Source of the DNA: Negaprion brevirostris
Taxonomy: Eukaryota
Reading direction: 5' to 3'
Assembly: GCA_030324005.1 (NCBI GenBank)
Contig: JARDVH010000110.1
Coordinates: 41,947,373-42,011,372 of the forward strand
Length of the DNA: 64,000 nt
Shown here one piece after another: positions 63,468 to 64,000 of the stretch (the first letter of the stretch is position 1; each line of letters opens with the position of its first letter). Below the pieces are notes generated by a model, which saw nothing but the letters and a program-made list of their open reading frames with translations, was not told where the DNA came from and searched no databases. Made by a program: the position numbers and the translations under genes.

Positions 63468-63785
63468 TTTTTATTGATACTCATTTACAGCTATGTTATT
63501 TTATAATTATGGTTCTTTACATTTCTCCCACTCCCCTCCCTTCCCCACTCCTCCCCTTCCCCGCTCCCTCCCTTCCAGACTCCTCACACCCATATGAAGG
63601 TATTTAAGACATGGCACATCTGTCGTACTCTCGCAGAAGCCCAGGGCGACAAAAAAAAGCAAATTACCTAAAAAAGCAAATTACTGCTAATGCTGGGGAG
63701 CGGGGGCTCAGTGGATCTGGAGAGAGAGAAATAAGAGTTATTGACCATTGCTGGTGTTGAGCCCGCTCTGCCAAGTCTGACTGGC

Positions 63786-64000
63786 TGCAGATTGTTACAG
63801 GGTTCAGTTGCGGAGTTCCACACTCAAGTGTGCAGCAGATTGTTACAGGGTTCAATTGCGGGTCTCCACTCTGTGCAGCAGATTGTTACAGGGTTCAGTT
63901 GCGGGTCTCCGCACTCTGTGTAGCAGATTGTTACAGGGTTCAGTTGCGGGATTCCACACTCAGTGTGCAGCAGATTGTTACAGGGTTCCACAGTGTGCTG
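63786..64000. repeat. Minisatellite, ~43-48 bp unit (GCAGATTGTTACAGGGTTCAGTTGCGGG...CACTCAGTGTGCA), at least 4.5 copies
   Basis: GCAGATTGTTACAGGGTTC recurs five times at regular spacing up to the window end. Confidence 0.9.

Noticed and set aside
63786-64000. CRISPR-like array
   Set aside because: The spacers are homologous to each other, the context is eukaryotic and there are no cas genes.

Overview
Gapped, AT-rich vertebrate genomic DNA. The repeat content (HE1/V-SINEs, CR1/HER1-like, Rex1, RTE and Penelope elements) points to a shark or other cartilaginous fish; this is inference. One protein-coding gene is recognisable: a six-exon wnt8a on the + strand (ATG 14241 to stop 17496, 355 aa), with a TATA box and a poly(A) signal. 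It sits in a ~10 kb domain that visibly retains CpG. Two intact tRNA-Val genes (AAC and CAC) and a minisatellite lie at the right end. The rest is mostly decayed, often nested, transposable elements. The most notable hidden signal is a set of Penelope-derived terminal repeats carrying minimal type I hammerhead ribozyme motifs from two families. Several occur as short fold-back insertions with their own target-site duplications. There is also a 19-nt exact match to the U2 snRNA 5' region fused to unrelated sequence, and an unannotated ~970-bp solo-LTR-like element. Repeat boundaries are estimated by eye. Family names come from recalled motifs, not database searches.
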